In this document: positions 11,945 to 24,682 of the stretch, piece by piece
Position numbering within the stretch: the first letter of the stretch is position 1
How the letters are laid out: every line of letters starts with the position of its first letter
Program-made: the position numbers and the translations under genes
Assembly (NCBI RefSeq): GCF_006345805.1
Contig: NC_043001.1
Coordinates: 116,622,001 to 116,686,000, forward strand
From: Octopus sinensis
Taxonomy: Eukaryota
DNA length: 64,000 nucleotides
Reading direction: 5' to 3'
The notes under the pieces: generated by a model
Told to the model about the DNA's origin: nothing
The model's input: only the letters and a program-made list of their open reading frames with translations
Database searches by the model: none

Positions 11945-12288
11945 GCACTGTATGTATAAACAGTAGTGAACAACTCTTCTATGTAATATAATGTCAAAAC
12001 CGCTCCGGTTTGGGGTTAAAACAACAAAAAGTCGACTCGTGTCAAATATGAGAAATCAATATTATATCCTCTCGTTCTCTCACACACACACTCACACCCC
12101 TTCCTCTCTCTCTCATAAAGGTGCGACTGTTAATATGTGATTAAGGTTGACAAAGTAGCAAAAATATAAACTAAGACGAATAATAAGGGATCAAATAAAT
12201 ACCTCAATCAACAGCGGTCATCTTAACATTTTAACTCATGAAAACAAAAATATATACAGCAGGTGAAACCTCTCAAATCGAACTTCCA

Positions 12289-12324
<36 letters not shown>

Positions 12325-13149
12325 CGTATGTATGTGTATGAGCGTATGTTTGTATGTACGTATATGTGTGCGAGCGTGTGTGAGCGTGTGTGTGTGAGCG
12401 TGTGTGAGCATGTGTGTAGAAAGCGTGTGTGATCGTGAGCATGTGTGTGTGTGATCGTGAGCATATGAGTGTGCGCGTGTGAATGTGTGTGTACCTGTGA
12501 ATGTGTGCGTGCGTTCGTCCGCCTTTTCAAACCTACAATCTCTCGAAATCCTGCAAGTAGCAAAAAAAAAAACATTGCGATGAAAGTAAAAATAAACTGT
12601 CTTTAATAAAAAGGCGTGTATCTTAAATACAATACAAAAGACATCTGTGATAAAAACAGTCTGTGCGTGTGGTGTGTGTGTGTGAACGTAGCTACGCGCA
12701 CACAGAGAGTAGACGTGCTTTTTATACTTGCCGCTTCCGACTTTCGTGTAGTGCAGGCGTTACTAAAATAGACATGAAGTATTGATTAAAATTTGTCATA
12801 CTTCAATTATTTCTGAGTCAGTATATATATATAAACTCGGTTTAATTCAAGTCAATGTATTTCCTTTCCACCTTCCTACCTATAACTTCATTATACTAAT
12901 TTCTTTTGGAATTTAAACGGTTTTACTTTTTGGTAACTTCTGACTTACATCAGTGTCGTGTTCTTTGAGAAATGTAGTGTTTCAAGTTATTTATATAAGA
13001 CAAGAATTACTAGTCGTTTAGGAGTCACATCTGAACAGAGGTAGTACCTTTGGTGTTTGGCAGCTGCACCTTGCCACGAACGTCCCCATTCAACTCCTAA
13101 TCTTTCACTCGATGGCTTCCAGTACCTCACGTCAGCTAGTGAACTAAAC

Positions 13150-13815
13150 CAATGGTACGGTGTTAACACTGCACCAGTAGGCGAAAGATTCTGCGTCAGG
13201 CTTTCCAAGAAGTGACCGGGGATCTTTTCCTTTTGAACGGCACATGTCAACACAATTTCTAGTTAACTAAACACTTTAAAACTTCGTATACTGGTAGAAT
13301 GTGTCAAAATAAAACATTTTTTTCTTTTGGCTTTCTTGAGAAAATTGCAATTTGTTTTTGTTTAACGTAGTTTAATTTTTCGAATTTTTGACCAATGAAT
13401 CGCCTCTAGTGAGCTAAAATCATTTGCTGCGTCTAAAACTGTTTAGTTAACTAGAAATTGTGTTGACATGTGCCGTTCAAAAGGAAAAGATCCGCGACCG
13501 GCTATGGTGAAGGAACCTGCCCCGGTAAACGGCTTAGTTTTCGGAGCCAAGGTATGTCTCAGATAGAGATATACAGTTGAGGCTGACAGCGTGGATAGGA
13601 ATGGACGCCGCCTAGCCAACTTGTCCATGATAGATTCATGTTGATGATGACCAAACCAGAACTCATACCGGATCGGTCCATCAAAATTGGACAGGCCTCA
13701 ATTTTGCCGATTCAGAGAAGGAAGCAGAAGACCGATAGAAATGGCGAAATCTTTTTGCGATGCCATCAACGAAACCCCCAACGCATACACTGCCAAAGGA
13801 AGTGAAGGAAGAGAT
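13150..13815 (+). mobile_element. RTE-like LINE 3' fragment interrupted by a MITE
   Basis: NWTGLNFADSEKEAEDR*KWR resembles the RTE C-terminal WTG...AEDR..WR motif; upstream RKILR; heavily decayed. Confidence 0.5.
13220..13493. mobile_element. Merlin-type MITE, 54-bp perfect TIRs, 8-bp TSD
   Basis: TIR ggatcttttccttttgaacggcacatgtcaacacaatttctagttaactaaaca. TSD gtgaccgg / gcgaccgg (one CpG-type change). Confidence 0.88.
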
Positions 13816-15260
13816 CTAAACCAGTATTTCCCAACTGTTCCCCCTGGTGGTGGAGTGGAGTTATGAAGTGAGGGTCTTGAGCAAATATGTATATCACCAC
13901 CAGTGAAGTCAGGATAAAAGAAGAACAAGAGACTACGCTACCAAATTTTGATATATTCTAATAGTTTTAATTTTTTCATTTTAGATATGGTTTAAATATA
14001 TACGAATGCTCCAATGTGTTACAATTCCAAGGTACTCGGTATAGACCTAAAATATTTGTGTGTGGTGGAGTGGACTTTTCAGTCAAAAAATTTCTCGGTA
14101 AGTGAAAAATCCGTGCTCTGGCGTAAATTTTTTCTCCGTGCCTTTTATTTCAATTTCATTCTTTTTTAATGTGATTAAATAGTCGTCTCAAAATAATTTG
14201 TCGTCTGGGTATCAGCAACAGCATAGCGACACTTGGCTCTTTAAAAATTAACAAGTCATGCAAGAAATCTAAAACCCCAAATGTTTTTGGCCTGTCCTTG
14301 TATTCAAAAATACCCAAACATCTTATACGTTGAAAACATAAATCCGAAGGAATTGTCGAAAAATATATATTAAAAAAATAGAACTAGTTATATGGGTGCT
14401 TCGATCAGAGATCCATCATATTAAGTGATTTCTTTGTTGTTTTAATAATACTTTTAAATTTTAGATACTTCTTTCTATTATGCGCAAGCAGGAAAATTAT
14501 GAAAATCGTTGAAAAAACTGTTAAAACAATAAAAAGACAGGGAAAGTAAAACTAAATCGCCAAAGTTTAGGCAGTTTACAAAGTAACACTGAAGTGTAAA
14601 TTTATCAATTCTCTGCATTCAAATTATCGGCGACATATTTGTCTTTTTGTGGAAATAGTTTATCCAAAAGATGCTATGAAACCACTACATCTAAAAGAAA
14701 GAACTCGAAGAAAGGTTTTATGATATAGTTACAAAAGATGGAGACATTTGAAAAGACATCTTACTCTAAATATATATATTTCTTAAAAATCCAATCCCAA
14801 ACTTGAAAAATTACTTCGTTGCTTCATACATGTTATCAACAAAGTAGTTCTTTGTAATTGGCGTCGCTAAAGATTGTCAGCCAGATCGGTTCTTCCATCC
14901 ATGCTAGTAGGACCAAAGTTTTGCCAACGGAAACAAAATTATTTTCTTTCTGATATTTAATGCTCATTGCTACATGACTGGACATTTTGGGATTATCTGT
15001 CCCAAGTAAGTTGAAATTTCTCCCTTTTGACCAGGATCTTTCGTTGCTTCGTAGATTATTTTCCGTTTTATTCAAATTGGTTTTCAATTCACACACACAC
15101 ACATATACACACATACATACACATACGCGCGCGCGTGCGCATAATTCTTTTATAAAATCTTTTGAATTGTCGAAATATTAGTCCAAATGACAGAAATGTG
15201 CGTTATAGAAGTTTTGAAAAATAGTTTTTCAAAAATCGATTTTGAAAGGAAATAAACGAT

Positions 15261-16533
15261 GGCAGACCAACGCCGAAATTACCTAATTTGCGAAGTTCCA
15301 ACAAGTAATATATTCGATAATTTCAGACTAATCGATATGGAAGGAAAAAATGGTTAACTGGAACTGCTAAGCTAAATAAGTTATTCTGCTGTTATTTAGT
15401 TTAGAAAAAACTGTTTGGAGTGATAACGGTTACGATGATTTAGGTAATCTACATATGGTCGTGCTAAAACATGAACGTTCTGAAAGGCATAAAACCTTTG
15501 AGAGATCTTTAAGCATTTGGGAATACTTGCATAGACGTACAATTACATGCGTATTAAAAAAAAACACAGGGCATACAATAGCATAAGTTACACAAAACAG
15601 ATCGGTTCTGCTGCGTTTGATCGATGTAGTTACTTTCCTCGGTCGCCAAGAATTATCATTTCGGGTTCATTATGAATCCAATAATCGCAGAAATTATAAA
15701 GAACTCTTATATTTAATCAGTAAATATAACGGGAAAATTGGCTGGCCATCTTGATACAGTTTGTTTTTTCAGGTCCCTCAAACAGAAATCAAAATGATTT
15801 GATCGATGCTGTTCAAAACGTTATGTCGGGTGAAATAGTTGACCAATTAAAAACACGATATTAAAAACTACTTGGACTATCATACCTAATACGGCTTTTT
15901 CAACGTTGATCTCGTTTTCTCCTTAGAAATTCATGGATTTTACATCCACAAATGAAGCAATTAAGAACAAATATGCAAGGCTTTTCTCAAGTTGAAAATG
16001 CGACATTGTTTTTGTTATCTACAGTCCATACAAATACAAAAAAGCAGTATGTATGTCTGTGCGTCGAAAAAGCCGTATTAGTGATAATATTTCATGTGTT
16101 TACAGTTGACAACACGTGTCGTCACGCACGGAAACTAACGAACGAATCTTGACAAGTCGATGATAAGTCTGAGACCTATGCCGAAGGATTGCTATGTTTT
16201 GTATTCTATGCAAGATTTTAAAAAGCAAAGTGTAATTTAATGTAATACATTTACATCAATGATCTGACTGAAGTTATGCCAGAACTTTTAAATCTTTGCA
16301 ACCTTATTTTGACAATTCCATCTACAACTGCATTTGTAGAGCGGGCCTTTTCTACACTAAAAAGAATTAAAACTTACCAAAGAAATACAACAGGAAAAAA
16401 AGACTTTCAGAGTTGACTCTTATGTCAATTGAAAAATATTTACTTCAACAATTGATTAAAACAAGATTTCTCTGACAATGTAATAAATATATTTGCCCTG
16501 GAAGATCGAAGAACTGAATTAATTTATAAATGA
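15261..16533 (+). pseudogene. hAT (ZMYM1-like) transposase relic with internal deletion
   Basis: LLRLIDVVTFLGRQELSFRVHYES..NYKELL (DUF4371-like) and LTIPSTTAFVERAFSTLKRIKTY (hAT dimerization motif); many stops. Possible left TIR cagtatttcccaac at 13822. Confidence 0.88.
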
Positions 16534-16650
16534 GGTATGTAAATAATAGATTTTTGTACATCTTTTAAAACAGAGACCATTATGGCCATGCTATGAAACT
16601 AATTTGGTTCTCTTAATAAGACAATTTAAAAACTGAATCGGCTCAACCAA

Positions 16651-16830
16651 TAAGGCGGCGAGCTGGTGGAATAGTTAGCGCGCCGGGCAAACTGCTTTGC
16701 AGCATTATACCCGCCTTTACGTTCTGAGTTCAAATTCTGTAGAGGTCGACTTTGCCGTTTATCCTTTAGGAGTCGATAAATTAAGTTCTAGTCAAGTACT
16801 GGAGTCAATGAAATATACACCGCCGATAGC
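16651..16830 (+). mobile_element. Family D SINE (diverged)
   Basis: taaggcggcgagctgg...gaggtcgactttgcc core. Confidence 0.75.
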
Positions 16831-16844
16831 TGTAGTTGATAAAC

Positions 16845-17063
16845 AACAGCAGTAATTTTATTCAGCTGAATACACGTCATTGATTGGTTGAAATTACCGA
16901 AATACAACTTTAACACGAAATGACTTTGAAAATATAAGATTTTCTCAAAAATGCTAAGAGTAAAAGATGTTTTATATGACACATTCTACCAGTGTCCGAA
17001 GTTTTAAAGTGTTTAGTTACAAAAAATTAATTTCTCGGTCTGCCGTTCAAAGGGGAAAGATCC
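16845..17063. mobile_element. One-ended relative of the 13220 Merlin-type MITE
   Basis: gacacattctaccagt...gaagttttaaagtgtttagtt...tgccgttcaaaggggaaagatcc. The left TIR was not found. Confidence 0.65.
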
Positions 17064-17280
17064 TAACTCTCTTCTCTCCATTCCGAAATCTGAACTCAAC
17101 CATTCTTCCCATCCCAGAGAAGAATAACGGCAAAGACTCTTCTTTTAAAAACTGGTTAGGGGCTCCAGTGAACGAACATAATTTGCCCGCGCTAAGTTGG
17201 TCTGACACGTGATGGGATTTGGATAGCCCGCGTGATTTCTTTATTGCCCACAAGATGCTAAACATAGAGGTGTCAATACA

Positions 17281-17507
17281 ACTCTTTTACTCTTTACTCT
17301 TTTACTTGTTTCAGTCATTTGACTGCGGCCATGCTGGAGTACCGCCTTTAATCGAGCAAATCGACCCCGGGACTTATTCTTTTGTAAGCCCAGTACTTAT
17401 TCTATCGGTCTCTTTTGCCGAACCGCTAAGTAACGGGGACATAAACACACCAGCATCGGTTGTCAAGCAATGCTAGGGGGACAAACACAGACACAAACAC
17501 ACACACG

Positions 17508-17581
<74 letters not shown>

Positions 17582-17718
17582 TATGACGGGCTTCCTTCAG
17601 TTTCCGTCTACCAAATCCACTCACAAGGCTTTGGTCGGCCCGAGGCTATAGTAGAAGACACTTGCCCAGGGTGCCATGCAGTGGGACTGAACCCGGAACC
17701 ATGTGGTTGGTTAGCAAG
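17281..17718 (-). mobile_element. Family A SINE missing its 5' head
   Basis: Identity to family A stops at ggttggttagcaag (~17718). Confidence 0.9.
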
Positions 17719-17759
17719 ACAGACAAACAGGGGAAAAAAGAAAAACGAATGGAAAAGAT

Positions 17760-19400
17760 GGAATTGAATAATGAAAATGGAATGAAGGTCACTCGACCTC
17801 ACTTAACTCTTTTGACACACTTTTCTTTTTTATAACATAGAATGTTACATTCAAGGTGATGAAAGCCCCCCCCCCCTTTGATGGTAGCTTACTGATGTCT
17901 ATTTCTTTTTCTAGGTCCACTACCTCATCTCCAATGTTTCTGTTTAGCGTAATCCCCTCTTCATTGCTCACTATTGCGCATTCAATGTGCCCGGGCCAAT
18001 CGTTACATTTTGAAACGTCCAGCGGCACATGAGAGTCTATTACAGTTCTTAATCCATTGGCATACTAAATAATATACATTTCTTACTTTTTTCCTTTTGG
18101 GGAGGGGATGGGGGAATTTCGGGCACCTGAATGTCTGTGCAAGTGTCTGTATCAAGAGGGACAGGGTGAGGGTTGGTGACTGCAGCGGAGAGGGTGGGAC
18201 AGTAAGGGATCGAGTGGGATTTCCAATTTTTTCCCTCAGTTCTTTTCTTTCCTCTTTTTCGGTGCAGAAGTTCATCCTTCTTTCTCTTCAAACTCCTGAT
18301 TCTCTTCCTCCTTCTCCGGCTCCTTCTCGTTCTCCAACGACGACGCAAGAGGTGGAGGTGCAACTTCTTTCATTGGTTCTTTTGCGCTAGGTGAGGGGCA
18401 TTCTGCTTTTATGTGACCTTTTTCGCCACATTTAAAGCATCGATGCGGCCTACCCTCCACCATAACTCTCAGCTTTACACCCTCTCCGACTGTGATGGTT
18501 TCCACCATCTTCTCCAAATATTCCGGAGCGGCCTGGATTCAGGCCCTGCCCTTCTCAATTCCTTGGTGGCATTCTTTTGGCCTGGAGTACCACAATCTTG
18601 TCCTCCATTCCCAACAGGAAGACGGCTACCAGCCAGGTAACATTCACCCCAGGAGGAATCTCTTCTACCCTTACCCGAGAAGCACGTCTTCCCAGGTATA
18701 TGGGCAGAAGGACCACCTCGTCCGTTTTGAGGGGAGTCACGGCATGCTGCCTGGCTAAAGCCTCTGTCGCAAACCGCACCTCCACCATAGCAAATTTCCT
18801 TCCTCTGGTGAGGTATTTTACCTCCTTCCATATTGGCCTCAAAGCCCTTTTCAACCTGTTGAGTTGCGACCTCTATACGTTGTAATTTCAAACTGTAAGT
18901 TCTATGCGGTATTGTACTTCTTTTCACTTCATCCGTTGTTTCACTGGGAAGGGACACCTTTACGTCGTTCCCCGCCCTTTTAAGCATTTCTTTGAATCTA
19001 TTTAACTCCTTTGGGCACACGTTTTTACTTTTCTCTTTCACCGGCTCAGCAAAATTCTTCACCTGCATTGCTTCATCTATTCTCTTCAGACTTTTAGCCA
19101 ACTCCTCCTCAGACTTGTCGTCGTCTGAAGAGCTAATCCTTTCCGTTATCATCTCCATTACCGCGCTTCCCTCTTCAAACAAGAGGGGAAAACGTCAACA
19201 AGGCCGCAGTAAGCAGCTAAACAAGGTGTCGTTAGACACAAAACAGTAAATTAAAAGTAAAAACAACAATTCCAGAAGTTAACCAATCAAAAAAGACGTT
19301 GTTCGGGCGTTGTTGGATAACCCGCGTAAAACCAGGAGGCGATCGATGGATACACCATCACGTGATCAGGTCATGTGACCACTTAAAGACAAACATGGCG
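17760..19400 (-). mobile_element. Tx1/L1-like LINE 5' part: 5' UTR plus frameshifted gag-like ORF1; ORF2 absent
   Basis: ORFs 18475-19182, 18555-18854, 18272-18517 and 17789-18028 piece together into one protein with the CCHC knuckle RCFKCGEKGHIKAECP. The 5' motif is shared with the RT-bearing relic at 39720. Confidence 0.8.
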
Positions 19401-19419
19401 TATGAGCCAATATCAGGGT

Positions 19420-19766
19420 GGCACCCCGTCGATTACGATGACGAGGGTTCCAGTTGTTCCGATCAACGGAACAGCCTGCTCGTGAAATTAACGTGCAAAT
19501 AGCTGAGCACTCCATAGGCACGTGTACCCCTTAACGTAGTTTTCGAGGAAATTCAGCATGACACTTTGAAATACAGGTACAGTAGAAACAGCAAGAAAGA
19601 GTAAGAGAAAGTTGTGATGAAAGAGTACAGGGGGGGTTCACCACCACCACCCCCTACCGCAGCTTCGTGGAGCTTTAGGTGTTTTCGTTCAATAAACTCA
19701 CAACGCCTCGTATGAGAAACGAAACCGCGAGTCTGCTACTCTAACTACTGGGCCGTTGCGCTTCCA
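19420..19766 (-). mobile_element. Family B SINE with 12-bp TSD
   Basis: TSD caatatcagggt at 19408-19419 and 19767-19778. Confidence 0.9.
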
Positions 19767-21551
19767 CAATATCAGGGTATTTAAGGCTAGACAGCCGAAT
19801 GATAAGCATACTTCTACTACAAATAAATCAAATGAAAATAATCAGCGGATCACATTTAATACCAACCAATTTACATTAGAGAAAGCTTATCAGTTCTTTT
19901 CAAATATAACACAAAAAAAAAAAGAAACGTAATAGGGATAATACTTTCTTCATATCAAATATCTCCATTCAGAATAAACTAAATAAAGACTTAATTTATT
20001 GCCCCGTTTAACACCGCCACTCAAGCCTTTAAATACTTACAACAGAAACGGCTCTGTTGCAAGTATTTGAGTTTCTGTCGGTCATGGCTAACAATAGCTT
20101 TGCACATATAGGTGCAGGCCCAGGCATGATATTTTGAAGAAATCTGCCAGTTTCCCCATGCATGCAGTCTTATTTCTCCATGTCACCGATGCTTATCCAA
20201 GCGAAAGGTCACAGATTCAAACCGGTAGAGTTAGTTTTAGTGTTGTCGAAGACGTTGCTGTCAGAGCATAAAGAACTGCAGTGAATCCCGCTCAACACAC
20301 AAATAGATCCGTCAAACCACTGCCTTAGATTGGTACCTTTTTTTTTGTAGACTCCGAAAGGATGAAAAACGAGTCAAACTCGATGGAATTTGAACTCCGA
20401 GCACAGGGTGTTGAAACAGTATTGCTATATTGCTAAGCATTCTATCAAACTCTCTAACGACTCTTGAGGTTTTGATGCATTGCTTTCTATTGCACCAAAC
20501 AATGAGTTACGGTTTCTTCAACCTTTTCTTTCCACCAGTCAAGAAGACTGCAAAAGAAAAAAGTCACTAGGCTACTCTTCATTTTCTGATTAAACCATAA
20601 AAAATATCTAAAAATAAAACTCTTATAATCCAAATTTGAATTCAATTTGGAGAGCAGCAATAACTATAACATTTGTGTCCTACATAATTGACAAAAGTTG
20701 CGAGAACACGAATCACAAGTGTTCAATACCCCAAGGATAAAATTGTGTTATGTTTACGTTTTAGTATGTGGTTTTACCATGCATCTTACATAAGAAAAGT
20801 GGGGCGATGAGCAACTACAGTAGCAGCTACCATTAATTTACCATACAGAAAATATGAACCTAAAAATAGCAGGAGGCCTCATTTCATGTATCCGATTCTC
20901 CTGTGAGTCTTCCCTACAGGAGAGAAGGTAAGAAATACCATGATTACAGATTGTAGCAATGAAACAGATAATAAAAAAAAAGGACGAACTCCCCTAAGTT
21001 ATATCTAATCTCATCTTGCAACAATAGTGAGCGTTCTAGCACTGATATAGGTCTGATAAGTCTGTCACCAGGAGAAAAAAATATAAAAAGACTAATGTAA
21101 CCGTATTATTGATAAGCACTACAAGCAACAACACTAACAACAATAATCTTGATGATGGCATCTTGCATAATAATAGTTATTATTATACTCATATACCACA
21201 GGGACATTAAGTATCTTCTTATAGGCATTTCAATCCTAGCAGATAAAAGTTTTCCTCGAAAACAGAAATACCCAAGAAACTATTTAGTAGACATATCGTG
21301 TGTTGTTTGGAAACATAACCTTAACAATTCTGGGTGCATTGGAAGGAGGGAAATAAACAAAGAGCAACAAAGTATTGTTGGTCTATTTGGTCTTTTACAT
21401 CTACACAATATGCACAACTTTTATTTATTTACACTCGTAATTTTTTAACTATACAGAAAGTTATAACTTACGAACAAAACTTATAGAGGAGACTCTTCGG
21501 CTTCAGCAATTTGTCCACTGCGTATACAACACTATGAGGGATCCTCTATGT

Positions 21552-21905
21552 CAGGCATGGGCAAGCTTTTTTTTTTTTTGAAGAAACAGCCTTTTTTTGC
21601 GAGAAGCGGCCCTTTTTTTTGCGACTAGCGGCCCGCACAACACATAACTTGTCATCAGGCGGGCCGCACTACTAAAAAAAAAGTTGGTGCTTCTTTAGCG
21701 GGCGATCTACCGCAGAATCTATAGTCTACGCTGTGAAATGACTGGATCTTGATTAGGATTAGGGTTAGGATTAAAGCTGGGTTAAACAGCTAAAGTGTAA
21801 ATGGCCAGGTAAGCTGCACGCTAAAACGGTACCAAAAATCCAAGGTACTTCTTCATTAAACGTGCCATTCAGAAAGTCACGCGAGCCACAGTTTGCCCAT
21901 GATTG
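21552..21905. mobile_element. hAT-type MITE containing a nested small MITE (21684-21835)
   Basis: TIRs caggcatgggcaagc / gtttgcccatgattg; degenerate 8-bp TSD ctctatgt / ctctgcgt. Confidence 0.7.
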
Positions 21906-22251
21906 CTCTGCGTGGTCGTGCGACCTACTAGAAATAGGTGACAATTCTTGCTCAAATTACAACCTCTCGTTTTGAAATGAGGAAAACGTTGGATAAATGT
22001 AGTTCTAGATATGTGAAACCCAAAAGAATGATGGAGTGGTCATAGTAGGAACGTTATCGATCATATCTGCTAAATCAGAGTTGACGAACAATGATAACCG
22101 TCCACTAATTGAAAAATATGTTAAATCTTACAAAACATTTGTCTTCAATAAATGTCAGAATATCGATTCCAATGGAAAGTTTGAAATTCGAAAAAGCAAA
22201 TGATAGTGAAAAGCCTTAAGAATTATGTATATCGTTTAACAGTTTAAAGGA

Positions 22252-22253
<2 letters not shown>

Positions 22254-22325
<72 letters not shown>

Positions 22326-22396
22326 GGAGAGAGAGAGGGGGGAGAGAGAGAGAGAGAGGGAGAGAGAGAGAGAGAGAGGGAGAGAGAGAGGGAGAG

Positions 22397-22442
<46 letters not shown>

Positions 22443-22488
22443 AGAGAGGGGAGAGAGAGAGATAGAGAGAGAGGGGAGAGAGAGAGAG

Positions 22489-22538
<50 letters not shown>
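22254..22538. repeat. (AG)n/(AGG) purine tract
   Basis: Direct observation. Confidence 0.97.
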
Positions 22539-22539
<1 letters not shown>

Positions 22540-22631
22540 CTGACCGATTCGACGATATAAGCTTTCAGGAGTTTTATCAGAAAAAAAAGGAAAAGAAAAA
22601 GACTGCATCGTCTGGAATTAATTCATATTTT

Positions 22632-22975
22632 GGCAATCTTTCGTCTCTAGTAGACCTTTCCGTCGATTTCCGTAAAATTCTTTTGAAGTTACCGTGCATG
22701 TGAAGCATTGATGTACATGTGTGTGTGTGTACGTGTGTGTGTCTGATGGAGTGTGGGAGACAGACAGTATGTTGTGTAAGTGAAGTGCTTCTGTTAGTGT
22801 GTGTGAAGAGACAGAGAGAGTAATGTGTGAAAGAAAGAGATAACTGAAATTTTTTACTCGGTGTATGTGTATATGTATGTATATTACTTCAAAAGTTCCC
22901 GCAAGCCCATATGTAAAGAAAAAAAATTTTTTTACGGAAATCGACGGAAAGGTCTACTAGAGACGAAAGATCGCC
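22632..22975. mobile_element. Merlin-type MITE, 46-bp TIRs, perfect 8-bp TSD
   Basis: TIR ggc(a/g)atctttcgtctctagtagacctttccgtcgatttccgtaaaa. TSD catatttt at 22624-22631 and 22976-22983. Confidence 0.9.
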
Positions 22976-23625
22976 CATATTTTCAATAGTGATTCTTGTA
23001 AAACATTAGTTGAGAATCAAAAATAAATCATGGTCTGAATTCTCTGGAAAGCTTACAACCTGCTTCTCAGACTCTCGCCAACTCATTCACAATGATTTTA
23101 AAAATTGTTTTTTTATCCCACATCTGTGAGGAAAGAGAAATCAGATGTTTTTCAATGAATATCAACGGCTTCTTGCGCACTAAAATAAATGGATCGACGG
23201 AGATATTTTGTTTTATGATCCAGAAAGTGAAACTACTGAAGTCAGCAGAGATCGTCATTTGCGAGAAACTCAGTGAAATGTGAAAGTAAAAAAACATGTT
23301 TTCTTTGAAATGAAATAAAATTGATACAAACTTCATATAACAAAATGGTAATTGTAAAATCCGAGTTTTTGTAAAATATGTTTTATACATTTTATTATAA
23401 ATTGGTGAATAATAAAAATCTAAGAAATAGACAAGACAATACTCCCAAAGGAGTACAAAACGTTTTCTTTGTGAAACTGCAACCAAGTAAATTCCTGCAA
23501 ATATGTATGAAAAAAAAATAGTCTGAAGTGCTATGCATAGCCCAATATTTACTTTTTACATTACTCTATGTCCTTTCAATTGTGTTTGTGTGGGTGGATC
23601 GATCTCTTAGCTCTGGGACCCCCTT

Positions 23626-23929
23626 GTGAGGGCGCATGGCTCAGTGGTTAGAGCGTCGAGCTTACGATCGTGAGGTTGTGAGCTCGAATCCCGGACCGGG
23701 CTGCGTGTTGTGTTCTTGAGCAAGACACTTTATTTCACGTTGCTCCAGCTCACTCAGCTTTAGAAATGAGTTGCGACATCACGGGTGCCAAACTGTATTG
23801 GCCTTTGCCTTTCCCTTGGATAACACTGATGGCGTTGAGAGGATAGGCCGGTATGCATGAGCGACTGCTGGTCTTCCATAAAAAACCACCTTGCCCAGAC
23901 TTGTGACTAGGAGGGTAACTTTCTAGGTG
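23626..23929 (+). mobile_element. tRNA-derived SINE family E with a 38-bp flanking duplication
   Basis: A box tggctcagtgg, B-box-like agctcgaatcc, then tgtgttcttgagcaagacacttt. Duplication at 23577-23614 and 23930-23967. Confidence 0.88.
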
Positions 23930-24019
23930 CAATTGTGTTTGTGTGGGTAGATCGATCTCTTAGCTCTACAAAATAAAGAACGTGATTTACAGTATAACCG
24001 CTGACAGGTACATACATGA

Positions 24020-24465
24020 GCTTTAAGCTACAGTACCTGGCAAGGCATTATCAATGCTGATTGATAACCATGTCGCAGCGTTTCCATCAGGGTCAAGTAT
24101 AGTGACACTCTTATGAAGAGTGTTGCATTCCACCATGCCAACTAACCAGTGGCCCTTTTGATAATGACCACGATGGTATTTGGAGTTCAAGAACTTCGAC
24201 CGTCTATCTCCAAGATACACTATTTCCGCTAATCTGTACAAGATAATCGATGCACCATACAGCATATATATCTAAAGAAGCTGTACAAGATAGCTATTGC
24301 TTCTCTACTGATACCGACCTCTTCTCTATAACAATTTGTTTGCAGTCCACCGATACATAAGCTCTAAAGACGAAGCTGTGGGATATAAGACTCAGAGAGA
24401 TAGAATCTTGTCTGATACATTGGCAAGGCCTGCATACACAACACCTCCAAGCTTTACCCTCTGAA
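24020..24465 (-). pseudogene. Merlin (IS1016/IS1595-like) transposase relic
   Basis: SEGKAWRCCVC...EEVGISREAIAILYSFFRYIC, then (frameshift) EID-SKFLNSKYHRGHYQKGHWLVGMVE...NALPGT. This matches the Merlin VEIDESKF..KY.RG....G.WV.G.+E...PGT pattern. Confidence 0.8.
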
Positions 24466-24682
24466 TGTATCGTGGTTCATTTCAATATACCGCTGGATTA
24501 TGAATTAACACCAAAGACGAAAAACAAGTGAATTTTACTTTTAATGCCACTCATCGTATTAATACAAATATCCTGGACGACGTAATTCCTCGTCGTCAGT
24601 TCATAGATGTTAATCCGTGTTTATAATTCTCATGAGCACTTGTGTAATAGAGTTGGCTACTATCTGTATCATTAAACGAAAC

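Noticed and set aside
14000-14800. AT-rich block upstream of the hAT transposase as a separate coding relic
   Set aside because: No frame gave a recognisable motif; left unassigned.
19779-19820. Tx1 5' flank as a U1/U2/U6 snRNA or 5S rRNA target
   Set aside because: Only ATACTT resembles the U1 start; there is no extended match to these RNAs as I recall them.
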